A stretch of 64,000 nt of DNA from Epiperipatus broadwayi. Its lineage: Eukaryota > Animalia > Onychophora. A model generated the notes under the pieces. That model was not told the origin of the DNA, made no database searches, and saw nothing but the letters and a program-made list of their open reading frames with translations. This document shows, in pieces, positions 62,488 to 64,000 of the stretch. The stretch's first letter is position 1. Every line of letters starts with the position of its first letter. The stretch covers positions 10,788,001 to 10,852,000 of the forward strand of contig JAQFVV010000005.1 in the NCBI GenBank assembly GCA_028023455.1. Direction: 5' to 3'. The translations under genes and the position numbers were made by a program.

Positions 62488-62954
62488 GGGTGCAAGTTAA
62501 TTTATGATAATAGCAAGGAAAGTAGTTTATTGTTCAAGTCTTGAGCGGGATCTTGAGCAACAAGAGAATGTACACATAAATGAAAAAATATGGGTGATTT
62601 AGTCTGCAAATTATGTAAGGAAGACATAGAAAATATTAGGCATCTGTTAATTAAATGTAAATGCTTGAAAGCAGAAAAGCTACAAATAATGAAGTTATGG
62701 AAGAATAAATATGAACAAAGTGATTATACAGAAATTGGGTTATTGGTTTTTATGCTGGGTTTGGGAAAAGATAAGGATTTAGATATGAAGGCCATGGAGT
62801 TGACAAAGATTATGTTGTGGAAATGGGATGGAGCAGATTATGGGAAAGCTTAGGATGGGGAATGGAAGGGGAAGGTAAAGTGGCTAACAGGTTTTTTTGG
62901 GCATGGTTGCTGAGAGATTCCTGACTTCGTCTAAGGAGAAGTCACAGTGCATCA
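62488..62954 (+). mobile_element. 5'-truncated LINE 3' end, copy 2
   Basis: ORF 62590-62853 has CKLCKEDIENIRHLLIKC, the C-terminal zinc-binding motif of non-LTR retrotransposon ORF2; direct repeat of 55638-56085. Confidence 0.8.
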
Positions 62955-63395
62955 CATTACTGATTCAAAATCTGCAGTTGTGACGATTATGAAGTAGTAT
63001 ACATATATATATATATATATAATAAATGTTAATGTATAAAGAATTGTTTAATAAAATCTAGATATTGTTTCTTATAACTTTTTCTCTCTGTAGTTAAAAG
63101 ATGTGAAAATATTTTTTTGATACATTATAATAAATTTTGTTACCTAAAACTAAGTTTAATGTATAAAATTCTTATTCTTGTCTTTCTTTCATTGTGGACT
63201 TAAATAATTTATGTTTTTGAGCATGCTTTGTTTGTAAATAGATCACTATATTATCATAGAAAGAAAGACATTATAGCACGAGGATATTATTTTATCAAAT
63301 GTTTTTCAGTAATAGAAGTATTATTCTAAGTATATTCTAATTATAAATGAAACTGTTAGATTGTCTGACTATTAGTCGAATTCTCATTCAGATAA

Positions 63396-63860
63396 TGGAC
63401 CACCCTCTTCTTGTTAAATTCTCTGTCTTGTATTTACGATCTGATTGGTTGTTGAATAGTAATAAGTGCGAGAGGTTTGCAGTTTCAATTTAATTTCAAT
63501 ACTGTTTGCGCTTTGTAAAATAAATATTATTTACATACGTTACTGCAAGTTATAACATCTAAAAACTACTGCGTAGTAAATTGTAGGATTTCATACTGTA
63601 TGTTTGTAATATAGACTCAGTGAGTTAAATGTGAAGATATTTAAAGTTTCATGCTTTAAGATCTAAATACTTCAGACTGGCTTGGATATGTAGAAAGACA
63701 AGTAAAAAGGAGGGTGGACCGCCCTCTTCTTGTTAAATTCTCTGTCTTGTATTTACGATCTGATTGGCTGTTGAATAGTAATAAGCACGAGAGGTTTGCA
63801 GTCTGTCAATTTAATTTCAATACTGTTTGCGCTTTGTAAAATAAATATTATTTACATACA
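63396..63860 (+). mobile_element. TRIM-like miniature LTR retrotransposon, 465 bp
   Basis: 144/146-bp direct repeats (63396-63539, 63715-63860), TG start, CA end on the 3' copy, AATAAA inside, purine tract aaaaaggaggg abutting the 3' repeat, 5-bp TSD gataa/gatag. PBS not recognised. Confidence 0.8.
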
Positions 63861-64000
63861 GATAGTTGTAAATTGATAATCGGAAATATAACTTGGGTTT
63901 TTTTAAGAATACTTCAGTATAATTTTAACAAAAAGAGAAATATGTAGTTTTATTGTCATTATCATCCTAATTACTAATTGAGATCTGAATTTAGGTTCTC

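Overview
AT-rich animal genomic DNA (taxon not determinable from sequence) with no prokaryotic features. The only intact protein-coding ORFs are two paralogous tandem C2H2 zinc-finger genes on the + strand (25278-26498, 45923-47389). They share upstream and downstream non-coding homology, decayed fingers 5' of the ORF, and a conserved ~85-aa C-terminal module ending in an isolated finger. The rest is a layered transposon graveyard: two decayed hAT (Buster/ZBED5-like) elements, Ty3/gypsy remnants, solo LTRs, RTE-like and other LINE remnants, a short tRNA-derived SINE and a 465-bp TRIM-like mini LTR element. The main signal the ORF track misses is two repeat families carrying minimal type I hammerhead ribozyme motifs (at least 8 copies or remnants) in inverted and tandem arrangements typical of Penelope-like element pseudo-LTRs or retrozymes. 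One young copy is a 145-bp-arm foldback with an intact hammerhead core, a 44-bp tail and a 12-bp target-site duplication, inside the presumed transcription unit of the second zinc-finger gene. All alignments and counts were made by eye; boundaries of decayed elements are approximate.
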